Origin: Lacunisphaera sp.
GTDB taxonomy: Bacteria > Verrucomicrobiota > Verrucomicrobiia > Opitutales > Opitutaceae
Length of the DNA stretch: 64,000 bases
Direction: 5' to 3'
Assembly (NCBI GenBank): GCA_043738215.1
Contig: JAYUGX010000101.1
Coordinates: forward strand, 2,961-66,960
Below the pieces are notes generated by a model. It ran no database searches. It saw only the letters and a list, made by a program, of their open reading frames with translations, and was not told the origin of the DNA. The position numbers and the translations under genes are program-made. This document shows, in pieces, positions 39,716-49,494 of the stretch (its first letter is position 1; each line of letters opens with the position of its first letter).

Positions 39716-40746
39716 GCAAACCCCTTCGCATCGGCTTCATCGGCGCCGGCGGGAATACCCGGGCGAAACACATCCCCGGCTTCAAGGCCCTGCCCGACGT
39801 CGAACTCTCCGTGGTGTGCAATCGGAGCAAGGCCTCGGGCGAAAAAGTGGCGCGCGAATTCGGCATCCCCTACGTCGCGGCCAGCGCAAAGGATATCATC
39901 GAATCGCCCAACATTGACGCCGTGTGCATCGGCACCTGGCCGAATCTGCACGGCAAGCTCGCCGTGGCGGCCCTGCGGGCGGGCAAGCATGTGCTGACCG
40001 AGGCCCGCATGGCCCGCAACCTGGCCGAGGCGGAAATGATGCTGGTGGAATCGCGCCAGAGTGCCCACCTCGTGGCGCAAATCGTGCCGGCCCCGATGTC
40101 GCTGCCCTTCGACGCCACCATCATTGATCTGCTGCGAAAGGAGGCGATCGGGACGCTGCGCGAGGTCCACATGACCTGCACGACGGGCGGGCTGGCGGAC
40201 AGCTCCCTGCCGTTGAGCTGGCGGCAGGACATGACGCTCAGCGGCAAGAACACGCTCTACCTCGGCATCTATTACGAGATGGTGCTGCGCTGGCTCGGGG
40301 AGGGCGTGACGGGCGTGGTGGCGGATGCGGCCATTTTCACGAAGGAGCGCAAGGACGACGAGGGCGTGCCCTGGCCGACGACAATTCCCGAGAGCGTGAC
40401 CGTGCTCGGCAACTTCGCGAGCGGCGCCCGACTGGTGGGCCACTTCAGCGGGGTCGAGCTGACCGCGCCGCGCAACGAGATCCGGTTGAATGGCAACAAG
40501 GGCGGCCTGCGGCTGGACCTGGCCCGGAACGAACTCTGGCTGGCGGCGGCCGGCGGAGGAGAGAAGCTGGTGGAAATCGCCCCCGGCAATCGCGGCGCCT
40601 GGCGCGTGGAGGAGGACTTCATCAACAGCATCCGCCACGCGAAGCCCGTGCGGCTGACCAATTTTGAGACCGGGGTGAAATACATGAACTTCACCGAGTC
40701 GGTGTGGGAATCATGGAGCCAGTTCGGCCAGCGCGTGACGCTGTGA
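39712..40746 (+). CDS. Gfo/Idh/MocA-family oxidoreductase
   Basis: RIGFIGAG Rossmann motif, IDAV.I.T...H, AGKHVL.E. Confidence 0.9.
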   Translation: MSKPLRIGFIGAGGNTRAKHIPGFKALPDVELSVVCNRSKASGEKVAREFGIPYVAASAKDIIESPNIDAVCIGTWPNLHGKLAVAALRAGKHVLTEARMARNLAEAEMMLVESRQSAHLVAQIVPAPMSLPFDATIIDLLRKEAIGTLREVHMTCTTGGLADSSLPLSWRQDMTLSGKNTLYLGIYYEMVLRWLGEGVTGVVADAAIFTKERKDDEGVPWPTTIPESVTVLGNFASGARLVGHFSGVELTAPRNEIRLNGNKGGLRLDLARNELWLAAAGGGEKLVEIAPGNRGAWRVEEDFINSIRHAKPVRLTNFETGVKYMNFTESVWESWSQFGQRVTL

Positions 40747-40749
40747 AGG

Positions 40750-41100
40750 CTACCGCCTGGTATTGATGTAGAGAAAATAGGCGCCCACGGCGAAGAGCAC
40801 GAGCAGCCCCAGGGCCAGGAAGAAGTAGAGATAGCAGCCGCGCTTGACGTCCTTCTCCATGGTCGGACCCGGCTGCTGGTATTGGGCCAGGATCTCCTCG
40901 GCGGCGCGGGCCCCAGCCTCGGCATCGGCGGCAACCCGCACCGCCGTGGCTGGTCGCGGTGTGGCTACGGGGACTCCCTCTGAGGGCGAAGCAGCGGGCA
41001 GGGGCTGGCCGGTTTCCCTGGCGATCTCGCGGTCGAGCCAGGTGATCTGCTCCTGGGCGAGGGCGCGCTGGCGCTGCAATTCTGTCAACCGTTCGGACAT
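40750..41100 (-). CDS. Hypothetical protein with coiled coil and C-terminal TM
   Basis: Clean ORF; hydrophobic C-terminus. Confidence 0.75.
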   Translation of the reverse strand: MSERLTELQRQRALAQEQITWLDREIARETGQPLPAASPSEGVPVATPRPATAVRVAADAEAGARAAEEILAQYQQPGPTMEKDVKRGCYLYFFLALGLLVLFAVGAYFLYINTRR

Positions 41101-41135
41101 GAGGGAAAGGAAGTAAGTTTGCTTGATTGGCGCAA

Positions 41136-41194
41136 TCCTCCTTCGCCAAGGCTTCCGCCGTCGCCCGTTGGGCTAGGGGGACACGTCGGAGGAC
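41136..41194. repeat. TCCTCCTTCGCCAAGGCT..TCGGAGGAC element with a 32-nt nested insert
   Basis: Both ends identical to 9024-9050. Confidence 0.75.
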
Positions 41195-41215
41195 GTTTTT
41201 GTCCTGCAAAAACGA

Positions 41216-41239
41216 AAAAGCGCACCGGTTGGTGTGCTT
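41216..41239 (-). terminator. Probable intrinsic terminator after rpmA
   Basis: AAGCACACC-AACC-GGTGCGCTT followed by T-run on the minus strand. Confidence 0.6.
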
Positions 41240-41262
41240 GAAATCAGAGAAGGGAGTGCCGC

Positions 41263-41502
41263 TCAGACCACGTTCACCTTGCGGTGCGCCTTGTCGAACT
41301 CGACGGTGCCGTCGCGCAGCGCAAAGAGCGTCCAATCGCGGCCGACGCCCACGCCCTTGCCGGGGTGGTGCTTGGAGCCGCGCTGGCGGACGATGATGCC
41401 GCCGGCGAGGACCTTCTGGCCGCCATACAATTTGATGCCAAGCCGCTTGGACTGGCTGTCGCGGCCGTTGCTGGATGATTTCTGACCTGTTTTATGTGCC
41501 AT
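41263..41502 (-). CDS. rpmA: 50S ribosomal protein L27
   Basis: MAHK....SS.NGRDS..KRLG.K, IIVRQRG. Confidence 0.98.
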   Translation of the reverse strand: MAHKTGQKSSSNGRDSQSKRLGIKLYGGQKVLAGGIIVRQRGSKHHPGKGVGVGRDWTLFALRDGTVEFDKAHRKVNVV

Positions 41503-41514
41503 GGCGGTGGTTGC

Positions 41515-41829
41515 TTAAGCGGTGATGGATTCGATTTTGATGACGGACAGCTCCTGGCGGTGGCCGCGCTTGCGCCTGGATCCCTTGCGCTTCCGCATCT
41601 TGAAAACGATGACCTTGTCCCCGCGCTTGTTCTCCAGGACCTTGGCCTTGACCGAGGCGCCGGCGAGGAAGGGGGTCCCGACCTTGAAGCTGGCCCCTTC
41701 GCCCGCGGCGAGGACCTCGTTGATCTCGACCGTGGAGCCGGCTTCCGTCTTCGGATAGCGGTCCACGATGAGGATGTCGCCCTCGCTGACCGAGAACTGC
41801 TTCCCCTGAGTTTTGATAGTGGCTTTCAT
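41515..41829 (-). CDS. rplU: 50S ribosomal protein L21
   Basis: [14 protein letters not shown]...RK..R..RGHRQ. Confidence 0.98.
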   Translation of the reverse strand: MKATIKTQGKQFSVSEGDILIVDRYPKTEAGSTVEINEVLAAGEGASFKVGTPFLAGASVKAKVLENKRGDKVIVFKMRKRKGSRRKRGHRQELSVIKIESITA

Positions 41830-41877
41830 AAGTTCAAAGGGGCGAAATAAGGGGTGTTGGGTGGGGGTAATCAAGGA

Positions 41878-43299
41878 TTATTTCCTGAAGTGGCGGGAAT
41901 TGCCAGCGGAAGGCTTCACAAAGAGATAATTGACGAAAAAACTCAGGCCGAGCACGCCGCTGAGCGTGCGGATATTGCGCATCGCGCCGACCACCGTCGA
42001 CAGGGGGCTGGAAGCGGGCTCCTTTATGCGCAACAACAAGATACAGCCGAGCAATCCCACCACTGGTTGCACCAGAAAGACCGCATGATAGACGTCGAGC
42101 GGGGCATAACCCCGGCCGAGCATCCAGCCGAGAACCCCGCCGCCCAGCACTGGCGAAATGGCTGCCACCGCGGAGGTGACGGCGAGGTTCAGGCCGAGGG
42201 CGAGACTGCGCGCCTCCGGGGGGATTAATTTCAAGAGGATCGTGAACTGTCCGAGAATGAATCCGGCGCTCAGGCCGCCGCCCCAGAACCACATGCCGTA
42301 AAGGATGGCGCTGTTGGCGGGTGTGATGAGACACCAGAGGAAGTTCTGCGCCTGCCACAGCCCCAGTGCCACCGCCATGCAGGCCTTGTTGCCGTAGCGG
42401 TCGATCAAGCCGCCCCACACCGGCAACGACACGATGCCGCCCAGCGCCACCAGTGTGGCGAGGATGCCGACCTGCACGCCGGAGAAATTCAGCTGCTCGA
42501 ACAGGAACACATGATAGAATGGCCCGAAGCAGTTCGCCGCGAACGACCACACCGCACCGAACGCGATGAACAGCAGCAGCGAGGGTGAATGCCGCACCAC
42601 GCTCAACTGGGTCGCGAGTGGTGTTTGCGCCGGTGCGGGCCGGCTGGCCGGCCGGCGGTCGGGCATCAGCCAGAAATAATACAGCGAACCTACCCGGCAG
42701 AGGCAGGCGCCCCAGATGATTGCCTGAAAAGTCCGCGCCGAGTAGTCACCCCACGCGAGCAAGCAGCCGACGCTCAGTACAAAGACGAGGGTCGCGCCCT
42801 GGCCGATGCGATTGCGCTGGCTGAAATACCGGCCGCGCAGCCGCGCCGGCACGAGGTCGTGCATCCAGCCGTTCCAGACCACGCTGAGCACGGCGCTGAA
42901 CAGCGAAGCGACAAAGACCCAGAGCAGCAGGAAGCGGCCGGTGGCCACGGGATCAGTCAGGGAGAGCGAGGGCAGCATCAGGGCGAGCCACGCCCAGCAG
43001 GAGGTGTGCAGGGCCGCCGCGACCATGGCCGTCGGCTTGGTGGGCAGCCAGCCCGTGACCAGCGGCGTGATGAATACCTGCAGGAAGTTGCAGGCGAAAG
43101 GCATCGAGCTGATGCCGCCGATGGCGGGTTTGGACAGCGGAAAGCCTTTCGCCACCAGTGCCGTCATGAAAATATTCACCGGCAGCGTCATCGTCACAAT
43201 GGGCGTGGCGAGCACGCCCTCGAACGTGCTGGCCCGGAGGCCGCGACGGAGCACCTCGCGGTGCTGATGCGGCGGCCGGCTGGTCGGTGTTGCGTTCAT
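41878..43299 (-). CDS. MFS transporter
   Basis: ~12 hydrophobic segments; W..DLVP.R.RGRYF..R and WG.LIDRYG.K motifs. Confidence 0.88.
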   Translation of the reverse strand: MNATPTSRPPHQHREVLRRGLRASTFEGVLATPIVTMTLPVNIFMTALVAKGFPLSKPAIGGISSMPFACNFLQVFITPLVTGWLPTKPTAMVAAALHTSCWAWLALMLPSLSLTDPVATGRFLLLWVFVASLFSAVLSVVWNGWMHDLVPARLRGRYFSQRNRIGQGATLVFVLSVGCLLAWGDYSARTFQAIIWGACLCRVGSLYYFWLMPDRRPASRPAPAQTPLATQLSVVRHSPSLLLFIAFGAVWSFAANCFGPFYHVFLFEQLNFSGVQVGILATLVALGGIVSLPVWGGLIDRYGNKACMAVALGLWQAQNFLWCLITPANSAILYGMWFWGGGLSAGFILGQFTILLKLIPPEARSLALGLNLAVTSAVAAISPVLGGGVLGWMLGRGYAPLDVYHAVFLVQPVVGLLGCILLLRIKEPASSPLSTVVGAMRNIRTLSGVLGLSFFVNYLFVKPSAGNSRHFRK

Positions 43300-43324
43300 G
43301 GCTGGCTCCCGGCGATATCAAACC

Positions 43325-43873
43325 ATGGCGCGCGTCCTTAAAGCCAAATCGCTGCAGACCAGGAAAACAGTCGCACTGGCCCGCAGCCTGTTGGGCAAGG
43401 TTCTGGTGCGCCGGTTCGCAGATGGCAGGGTGACGCGGCACCGCCTCACTGAAGTCGAGGCTTACGACGGCGAGCGCGACCTTGCCTGCCATGCCAGCAA
43501 GGGACGCACCAAGCGGAACACGGTCATGTATCAGCCCGGCGGCGTCTGGTATGTTTACCTGTGCTATGGGGTGCATGAGATGCTCAATCTGGTCACCGGC
43601 CCGGCCGATTATCCGGCCGCGGTGCTTATTCGAGGCGTGGCTGGCATCGCGGGACCGGGGCGTCTGACCAGGGACCTGCAGATCAACCGGCGGTTGAACG
43701 GCGCGGTGGCCGGACGGAAATCAAGTCTCTGGCTGGAGGACGATGGGTTCGCCGTGTCCCGCCACATGATCAAGGCGGGCCCACGGATCGGCGTGAACTA
43801 TGCCGGGCCGGTCTGGGCGAAAAAGCCTTGGCGGTTTTATTTTGCCACGGACTTGGCGGCGGCGGACTTGTAG
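43325..43873 (+). CDS. mpg: DNA-3-methyladenine glycosylase (AAG/MPG type)
   Basis: ARSLLGK, TEVEAY, ACHA, YVY.CYG.H..LN, AVLIR, GPG.L, RIGV. Confidence 0.93.
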   Translation: MARVLKAKSLQTRKTVALARSLLGKVLVRRFADGRVTRHRLTEVEAYDGERDLACHASKGRTKRNTVMYQPGGVWYVYLCYGVHEMLNLVTGPADYPAAVLIRGVAGIAGPGRLTRDLQINRRLNGAVAGRKSSLWLEDDGFAVSRHMIKAGPRIGVNYAGPVWAKKPWRFYFATDLAAADL

Positions 43874-44601
43874 CCGGCAAGCAGCAGGGTGGCGGAGCCG
43901 AAGTTAAGCTTGAGCTGCATCTTGACGGGCAGGTTGCTCGCATCCTGGGAAATCCAGACTTTGATTTCACCGCCCTTCTTGAACATGCCCTTGGGGTCCT
44001 TCTCCATGCGCGGCACCAGCAGCAGGGTCTTGAAGGTGCCGAGCGGGGTGCGCACTTCCTCGTAACCCTCGGCCTTGATGGTCAGTGGATAGAAGTCGCG
44101 GCCGAATTGCACGAGCAGATCGCGCTTGTCGCCGGGCTTCAGTTTCCAGTCGCGGGTCTGCACCAGGGCGCTGATCAGGTCGACGGGGTCGCCCGTCGGG
44201 ATGGGAATCGCCGCACTTCGCTCGGTGCGCACGTTGTCGGTGTATTGGGCGATGCGGGTGGCATAATTGAATGAAATCTCCGTGTCGGTGGCACGCTTGG
44301 GGTCGGCGCCGCTTTCCTTCACCCGCAGCATCCGGCCCGACTTCTTCTCAATTACCACCTCGGCCTTGTTGTCGAAGGCGTAGAGTCCGCGGACTATGCC
44401 GCGCGATTTCGTGTCCGTGGTTACGCTCACGACCCCGACTCCGCCGGCTTTCTGGTCGTGTGCCGCGATTGTGATATCGCCTGCGTGGCTGAAGATGGCG
44501 AAACCGACCCGGTAGGTGAAGACCTCTCCGTCGCGAAACGCCGTGAACGGCGCGGCGCTTGCGAAGCAGCAGGGCAGGCAGAAGAGCAGTAGTTTTTTCA
44601 C
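43837..44601 (-). CDS. DUF3108-like exported protein
   Basis: Signal peptide; F..GE...Y, D..SA, E.V.TPLG.F.T, VWIS.D...LPVK. Confidence 0.8.
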   Translation of the reverse strand: MKKLLLFCLPCCFASAAPFTAFRDGEVFTYRVGFAIFSHAGDITIAAHDQKAGGVGVVSVTTDTKSRGIVRGLYAFDNKAEVVIEKKSGRMLRVKESGADPKRATDTEISFNYATRIAQYTDNVRTERSAAIPIPTGDPVDLISALVQTRDWKLKPGDKRDLLVQFGRDFYPLTIKAEGYEEVRTPLGTFKTLLLVPRMEKDPKGMFKKGGEIKVWISQDASNLPVKMQLKLNFGSATLLLAGYKSAAAKSVAK

Positions 44602-44674
44602 TACAGGCACGGACAGCAACAATGGGGGAAAGTGCGCCGCAGGTCGAGTTTTGCCGGCGGCCGCCGGAGAATAG

Positions 44675-45658
44675 TCAGCTGAGAGACAGGTCCATCTGGT
44701 TCTGCTGGCCGATGGCCCAGGCCTCGATACCGCGGGCCCGCAGGGTGGTGGCGAACTCCTTGGCGAAACCGTGCAGGGTGTAGACGAGCTGGGGTCGCAC
44801 TTGGTCCACAATGGCGAGCAGGTCGGGGAAGTCCGCATGGTCCGACAGCGCGAAAGCGGCGTCGCAGCCGTTCCGGTAGATCGCCCCGCTGTCCATGGCC
44901 CAGCCGGTGGCGACCGCGGTGCGCTTCGGGTGAATCCAGCTCACCGGCTCCTCCCGCCCCGACATGGGCGGTGCGATGATGACATGCCCCGCGTAGGCCT
45001 TTGGGTTGAGCAGGGCATATGGCGGCAGCTTCATGCCCAGTTCGGCATAACGCTCGGTCATCTTGAAACCGTGCGCATGCAGCATGACGGGCAACCCGGC
45101 GCTTCCGACGATTTGCAGCAACTCCTGTGTCTTGCCCAGGCTGTAGGCGTAGAGCACCGGTGTCACGCGGTCCGCGAGGGCCTGCCGGCAGAATTCCACG
45201 ATGCCGCGCTCAGTCTCTTCCTGCGGCGGAAATACATAACGCGGCAGGCCGAACGTGGTCTCCATGATGAGCACGTCAGCCCGGGGTGCGACGCAGGTTT
45301 CCGCCGCGAGGCTGGGACGCAGCTTGAAGTCGCCGGTATAGAGCAGCGTGCCGTGCTCGGTGGTCGCGTGCAGCATCGCCGAGCCGAAAATGTGTCCGGC
45401 GGGGTGAAGCCGCACCTCGCAGCCAAACTCCGCTGCCCAGGGTTGGTTGTATTCGAGGATGGTTTCCTGCCGCTTGCCCGGCAGTCGCAGCTGCATCAGG
45501 CAGGCCGTGGCGCGGGTGGCGAGGATCTCACGGTGCGCGGCGATGTGGTCGGAATGCGCATGCGAGACGAAGGAGCGGAGCTGCGAACGGCGCGCATCCA
45601 GCCACCAGCCGATTTGCGGCAGGCAGACTCCTTCTTGATAGCGCACTTCCCAGGGCAT
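44675..45658 (-). CDS. MBL-fold exonuclease (ligase-associated DNA-damage type)
   Basis: SHAHSDH, PAGHIFGSA, YTGD.K, METTFG.P.Y.FP, YSLGK.Q, LSDHADF, HGF. Confidence 0.85.
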   Translation of the reverse strand: MPWEVRYQEGVCLPQIGWWLDARRSQLRSFVSHAHSDHIAAHREILATRATACLMQLRLPGKRQETILEYNQPWAAEFGCEVRLHPAGHIFGSAMLHATTEHGTLLYTGDFKLRPSLAAETCVAPRADVLIMETTFGLPRYVFPPQEETERGIVEFCRQALADRVTPVLYAYSLGKTQELLQIVGSAGLPVMLHAHGFKMTERYAELGMKLPPYALLNPKAYAGHVIIAPPMSGREEPVSWIHPKRTAVATGWAMDSGAIYRNGCDAAFALSDHADFPDLLAIVDQVRPQLVYTLHGFAKEFATTLRARGIEAWAIGQQNQMDLSLS

Positions 45659-45663
45659 TGTGT

Positions 45664-45735
45664 GGCTATAAGCTTTAAGCTCAAGGCAAGGGTAGCTGAG
45701 TCCGCAATGCAGAAGCCTAAGGCTTATTGCCTGAT
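45664..45735. repeat. Inverted pair of 7-nt tandem triplets
   Basis: TATAAGC TTTAAGC TCAAGGC ... GCCTAAG GCTTATT GCCTGAT. Confidence 0.55.
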
Positions 45736-45745
45736 GGTCACGGCC

Positions 45746-46885
45746 TCAAGCGGCGTTGAAATATTTGCGGCGGATGAAGCGCCAGGCGGTCACGAAGAAG
45801 GCTGTCAGAGGCACGGCGAGCATCATGCCGAGCACGCCGCCGAGCGCCTTGCCCCAGAAAAACACGGCAACAATGATCGCCATCGGGTGAAGTCCGGTCT
45901 GCCGGCCCATGATGCGCGGCGTGAGAAACCAGCCCTCGATGGCCTGCACGGCGCAGAAAACCGCGAGGCAGGCTCCGACCAGCGGGAGGCCGCCGCCGGG
46001 TTGCAGGAACGCGAGGGGCAGGGCGACACTCAGGCCGAGAATGCTGCCGAGATAGGGGACAATGTTGAGCAACCCGGTCAGCAGGCCGATCGCGAGGCCG
46101 AACTTGAGTCCGGCGATCGAGAACCCGGTGGCGTAGAGCACGCCCATGATCAACCCGATCAACAGCTGCCCGCGGAAGAAGGCGACGAGGATGCCGAGAA
46201 ACTCGCGGACGAGGAACACCACGTCGTCGCGATGTTCCTCTTTCAGGAAAGGCAAGTGCTCGGGCAGCGACTTGGTCGGATCGCCATTCGAGAGCAGGAA
46301 GAAGAACAAATAGACAGGAGTGACAGCCAGGGATGCCACAAAGCCAAAGAATCCAAAGAGGCCGGCGCCGGCGGCCATCAGCGAGGGCGCTAAATGGCCC
46401 ACGAGGTCTTGCGCCTGCTGCGTGAGGCCGTCGAGGGCGCTCTTGACCGCGGGATTGTCGAGGTAACGGCGGATGAAGACCAGCCAGTCGGGGAAGTGCT
46501 GTTCGCCCCACGCGACTGTGTTCTGCCACAGGACCGGCAGATAGGCGACAAAGTCGACCACCTGCAGGATGATTGCCGGGGCGAAGGTGAAAATCAGCCC
46601 CGCAATCACCAGCAGGAAGAGTCCATAGAGCAGCACCACGGCGGACAGCCGGCGGATTTTCAACCGCGACTCAAATACGCCGACCACGGGCCGGAGGACC
46701 AAGGCGAGAATGCCGGCCACCGCCAGCGGCCAGATCACGCTGGAGAACGTGCTGATGAACCGGGCCACCCCAGCCAGAAGCACATAGAGCAACCAGCCCA
46801 TGCCGGCGAAAGCGGCAGCCGAAAGCGCGAAACCGACCAGCTTGCGCTGCGCCGGACTGAGCAAAGCGGTTTGAGCCACAGCCAT
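45746..46885 (-). CDS. AI-2E family transporter
   Basis: Multi-TM; FFRGQL, NIVPYLG, QAIEG..LTPRI.G...GLHP, LAVP. Confidence 0.92.
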   Translation of the reverse strand: MAVAQTALLSPAQRKLVGFALSAAAFAGMGWLLYVLLAGVARFISTFSSVIWPLAVAGILALVLRPVVGVFESRLKIRRLSAVVLLYGLFLLVIAGLIFTFAPAIILQVVDFVAYLPVLWQNTVAWGEQHFPDWLVFIRRYLDNPAVKSALDGLTQQAQDLVGHLAPSLMAAGAGLFGFFGFVASLAVTPVYLFFFLLSNGDPTKSLPEHLPFLKEEHRDDVVFLVREFLGILVAFFRGQLLIGLIMGVLYATGFSIAGLKFGLAIGLLTGLLNIVPYLGSILGLSVALPLAFLQPGGGLPLVGACLAVFCAVQAIEGWFLTPRIMGRQTGLHPMAIIVAVFFWGKALGGVLGMMLAVPLTAFFVTAWRFIRRKYFNAA

Positions 46886-46947
46886 GGGAGCAGGGAACAG
46901 GGGACGGTTTGGCGAGGCAAGCCCGCAGAGAAACAGGCACGGAGCGA

Positions 46948-47010
46948 AACTACCAATCTACGCCAATACCTCACTAATCATCAGTGTCCCATTAGCGTGC
47001 ATTGGTGGTT
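46948..47010. repeat. Inverted element AACTACCAAT...ATTGGTGGTT with ~10-nt units
   Basis: Three (C/T)AAT-ending units mirrored by AT(C/T)AG/ATTGG units. Confidence 0.55.
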
Positions 47011-47060
47011 AAGGAAGTATTTCTCCTTTCCTCATCAGTGATCATTCGCAGGCAAATAGC

Positions 47061-49403
47061 TCAATCCGCCGGCTTGGCTGCTGGCTTGAGCTGACCAGCC
47101 AGCTTGTCGTGGAAGAGCCAGCGGGCGAGGGCGGGCATCAGGAACATCGCGCCGAGCATGTTGAAGAAAAACAGGAAGGAGAGCAGGATGCCCATGTCGG
47201 CCTGGAACTTCAGCGCGGAGAACGCCCAGGTGCCGACGCCGACCGCGAGGGCGGTGCCGGTGAACATGACCGAGGTGCCCATGGTGGCGAAGGCGAAGCA
47301 GAGGGCGTCCTCGAAAGACTCGCCGTCCCGCAGCCGCTCCTGGATGGCGGAGAAGAGGTAGATGCCGTAGTCCACGCCGATGCCGACGCCCAGCGCGATG
47401 ACCGGCAGCGTCGATGTCTTGAGGCCGATGTGAAGGTAAAACTTGAGCGCGTAGCCAAGGTAAGAGACGACCACCAGAGGCAGGATGACACACAGCGCAC
47501 CGCGCCAGGAGCGGAAGGAGAGCAGGCAGAGCGCGATGACGGCGGCATAAACCCACAGGACCATCGGGGTCTTCGCGGCCGCGACGACCTCGTTGGTGGC
47601 GGCCATGACGCCGACATTGCCGGTGGCGAGTTTGAATCTGGCCCGCTCGCTGTCGTGGATGGCGCGGAATTCCTTCACGGCGGCTACGATGCGCTGGATG
47701 GTCTCGGCCTTGTGGTCCTTGAGGTAGATCATCACCGGGATGACGCTGCCGTCGTTGTTGAGCAGTCCGCTGGAAGTTTCCACGGGCGAGACGGCCTGGG
47801 CGAGCACCGTCGGGGTCCGCGGGATGATGCGCCACTTGAGGCTGCCCTCGTTCCAGCCGGCGTTGATGGTCTTGGCCAGGTCGGCGAGCGACATCGTGGA
47901 CTGGACGCCCTCGACGTTGCGCATGTGCCAGCCAAAGCGGTCCACCAGCGCCATGATGTCGTGGTCGATGACGGCGTTGGGCACGGTCTCGACGAGCACG
48001 GTGATCACATCCACGCCGATGCTGAACTCCCGGGTGATGACGGCGCTGTCGCGATTGTAGCGGGAATCCTGGCGGAGCTCCGGCACGCCGGCGTAGAGGT
48101 CGCCAATCTTCACCTCGTGGGACTTGGCCAGGCCGAACACCAGCAGGCCGGTGGAGAGCGCGATGATCACGACCGAGTTGCGCGGGGCCGTGGTGAAGTT
48201 CACCAGCCGGCGCCAGTAGGGCTGGAGGGCAAAGCGCCGGAAGTTCACACGCTTCCTGAATTCCGCCGACATTTTGGTGTAGGAGACGAGCACCGGCAGC
48301 AGGAAGCGGTCGGTGAAGATGATAAGGAACACACCCAGGCTGGCGGTGATGGCGAGCTCCTGGATGGTCGGCACACTGACGAGGTAAATGGTGCTGAAAC
48401 CGACTGTGCCTGTGATGATGGCCACGCAGCCGGGCAGGAAAAGATTGCTGAAGGAGGCGCGGGCGGCGGCGAGTTCGTCCTTGCCCATGTTGATCTCGTA
48501 GCGGAAGGACCGCAGCATCTGCGTGGCGTGGCTGAGCGCGATGGCGAAGACCAGGAACGGCACGAGGATCGATAGCGGATCGATGCCAAAGCCGAGCAGG
48601 TTCAGGATGCCGAACTGCCACACGACGGCGCAGAACGACGTCATCAGCGGCAGCAAGGTGAGAATGAGGGACTGTGAGAAGTAATAAAGCAGGACGGCGG
48701 AGATGACCAAGGCGATGCCGAAGAAGAGCAGCACGCCCTTGGCGCCGTCAGTGATGTCGCCAATGACCTTGGCGAAGCCGATGATGTGGATGCTGACCCG
48801 GTCGCTCTGGTATTTCTGGCGGATGTTCTTCTCCAGGGCTGCGGCGACCAGCGCGTAATCGAGTTTCTTCCCGGTCGACGGGTCGACCTCGAGGAGGGAG
48901 GCGATGACGGCGGCGCCGGTGAAATCATTGGCCACGAGCATGCCGACGCGGCCGGACTTGATGATGTTCTGCCGCACTCGCTCCAGGCCGGCGGCGTCCG
49001 CCGCAAAGTCGGCCGGGATGACATTGCCGCCTGCCAGTCCGTCCTCGACGACCTCGATGTAGCGGACATTGGGCGTGTAGATGGAGGTGACCTGGGCGCG
49101 GTCGACGCCCGGGAGGTAGTAGGTCTCGTCGGTGACGGCCTTGAGGGTCTTGAAGAACTCCGGGGTGAAGATGTCGCCTTGTTTCGCGACGAGGGCGATG
49201 ACAACGCGGTTGGCGCCACCGAACTGGGTGCGGTGCTTCTTGAAGGTCTCGATGTATTCGTGACCGGTGGGCAGCTGCTTGTCAAAACTGGCGTCGATTC
49301 GCGTGCGGGAGGCAAAATACCCGAGCACGAGGGTGATGAGCACGAACACCAACAGGGTGACCGGGCGGTGCCGGAAGACGAGTTCCTCGAGGCGCGCGAT
49401 CAT
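47061..49403 (-). CDS. RND/MMPL-family transporter
   Basis: Two TM bundles with periplasmic loops; GFAK..GDI, GVGIGVDYGIY, FQADMG.LL. Confidence 0.92.
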   Translation of the reverse strand: MIARLEELVFRHRPVTLLVFVLITLVLGYFASRTRIDASFDKQLPTGHEYIETFKKHRTQFGGANRVVIALVAKQGDIFTPEFFKTLKAVTDETYYLPGVDRAQVTSIYTPNVRYIEVVEDGLAGGNVIPADFAADAAGLERVRQNIIKSGRVGMLVANDFTGAAVIASLLEVDPSTGKKLDYALVAAALEKNIRQKYQSDRVSIHIIGFAKVIGDITDGAKGVLLFFGIALVISAVLLYYFSQSLILTLLPLMTSFCAVVWQFGILNLLGFGIDPLSILVPFLVFAIALSHATQMLRSFRYEINMGKDELAAARASFSNLFLPGCVAIITGTVGFSTIYLVSVPTIQELAITASLGVFLIIFTDRFLLPVLVSYTKMSAEFRKRVNFRRFALQPYWRRLVNFTTAPRNSVVIIALSTGLLVFGLAKSHEVKIGDLYAGVPELRQDSRYNRDSAVITREFSIGVDVITVLVETVPNAVIDHDIMALVDRFGWHMRNVEGVQSTMSLADLAKTINAGWNEGSLKWRIIPRTPTVLAQAVSPVETSSGLLNNDGSVIPVMIYLKDHKAETIQRIVAAVKEFRAIHDSERARFKLATGNVGVMAATNEVVAAAKTPMVLWVYAAVIALCLLSFRSWRGALCVILPLVVVSYLGYALKFYLHIGLKTSTLPVIALGVGIGVDYGIYLFSAIQERLRDGESFEDALCFAFATMGTSVMFTGTALAVGVGTWAFSALKFQADMGILLSFLFFFNMLGAMFLMPALARWLFHDKLAGQLKPAAKPAD

Positions 49404-49414
49404 GGCAGGGTGAG

Positions 49415-49470
49415 GGTGGAGCGTGGTGTCCCCGACGCGCTCTGAACGCGTCCGGAGGCCGCGTTCCACC
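49415..49470. repeat. GGTGGA...TTCCACC REP doublet
   Basis: Shares core GACGCGCTCTGAAC.CGTCCGGAGGCCG.GTTCCACC with 50406-50460. Confidence 0.85.
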
Positions 49471-49494
49471 TTAAGACAACGATCATCGTAAATC

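Noticed and set aside
44602-44838. Extended DUF3108 ORF suggesting a frameshift fusion with the exonuclease
   Set aside because: The exonuclease has its own stop and the DUF3108 protein has its own signal peptide; no slippery site seen.
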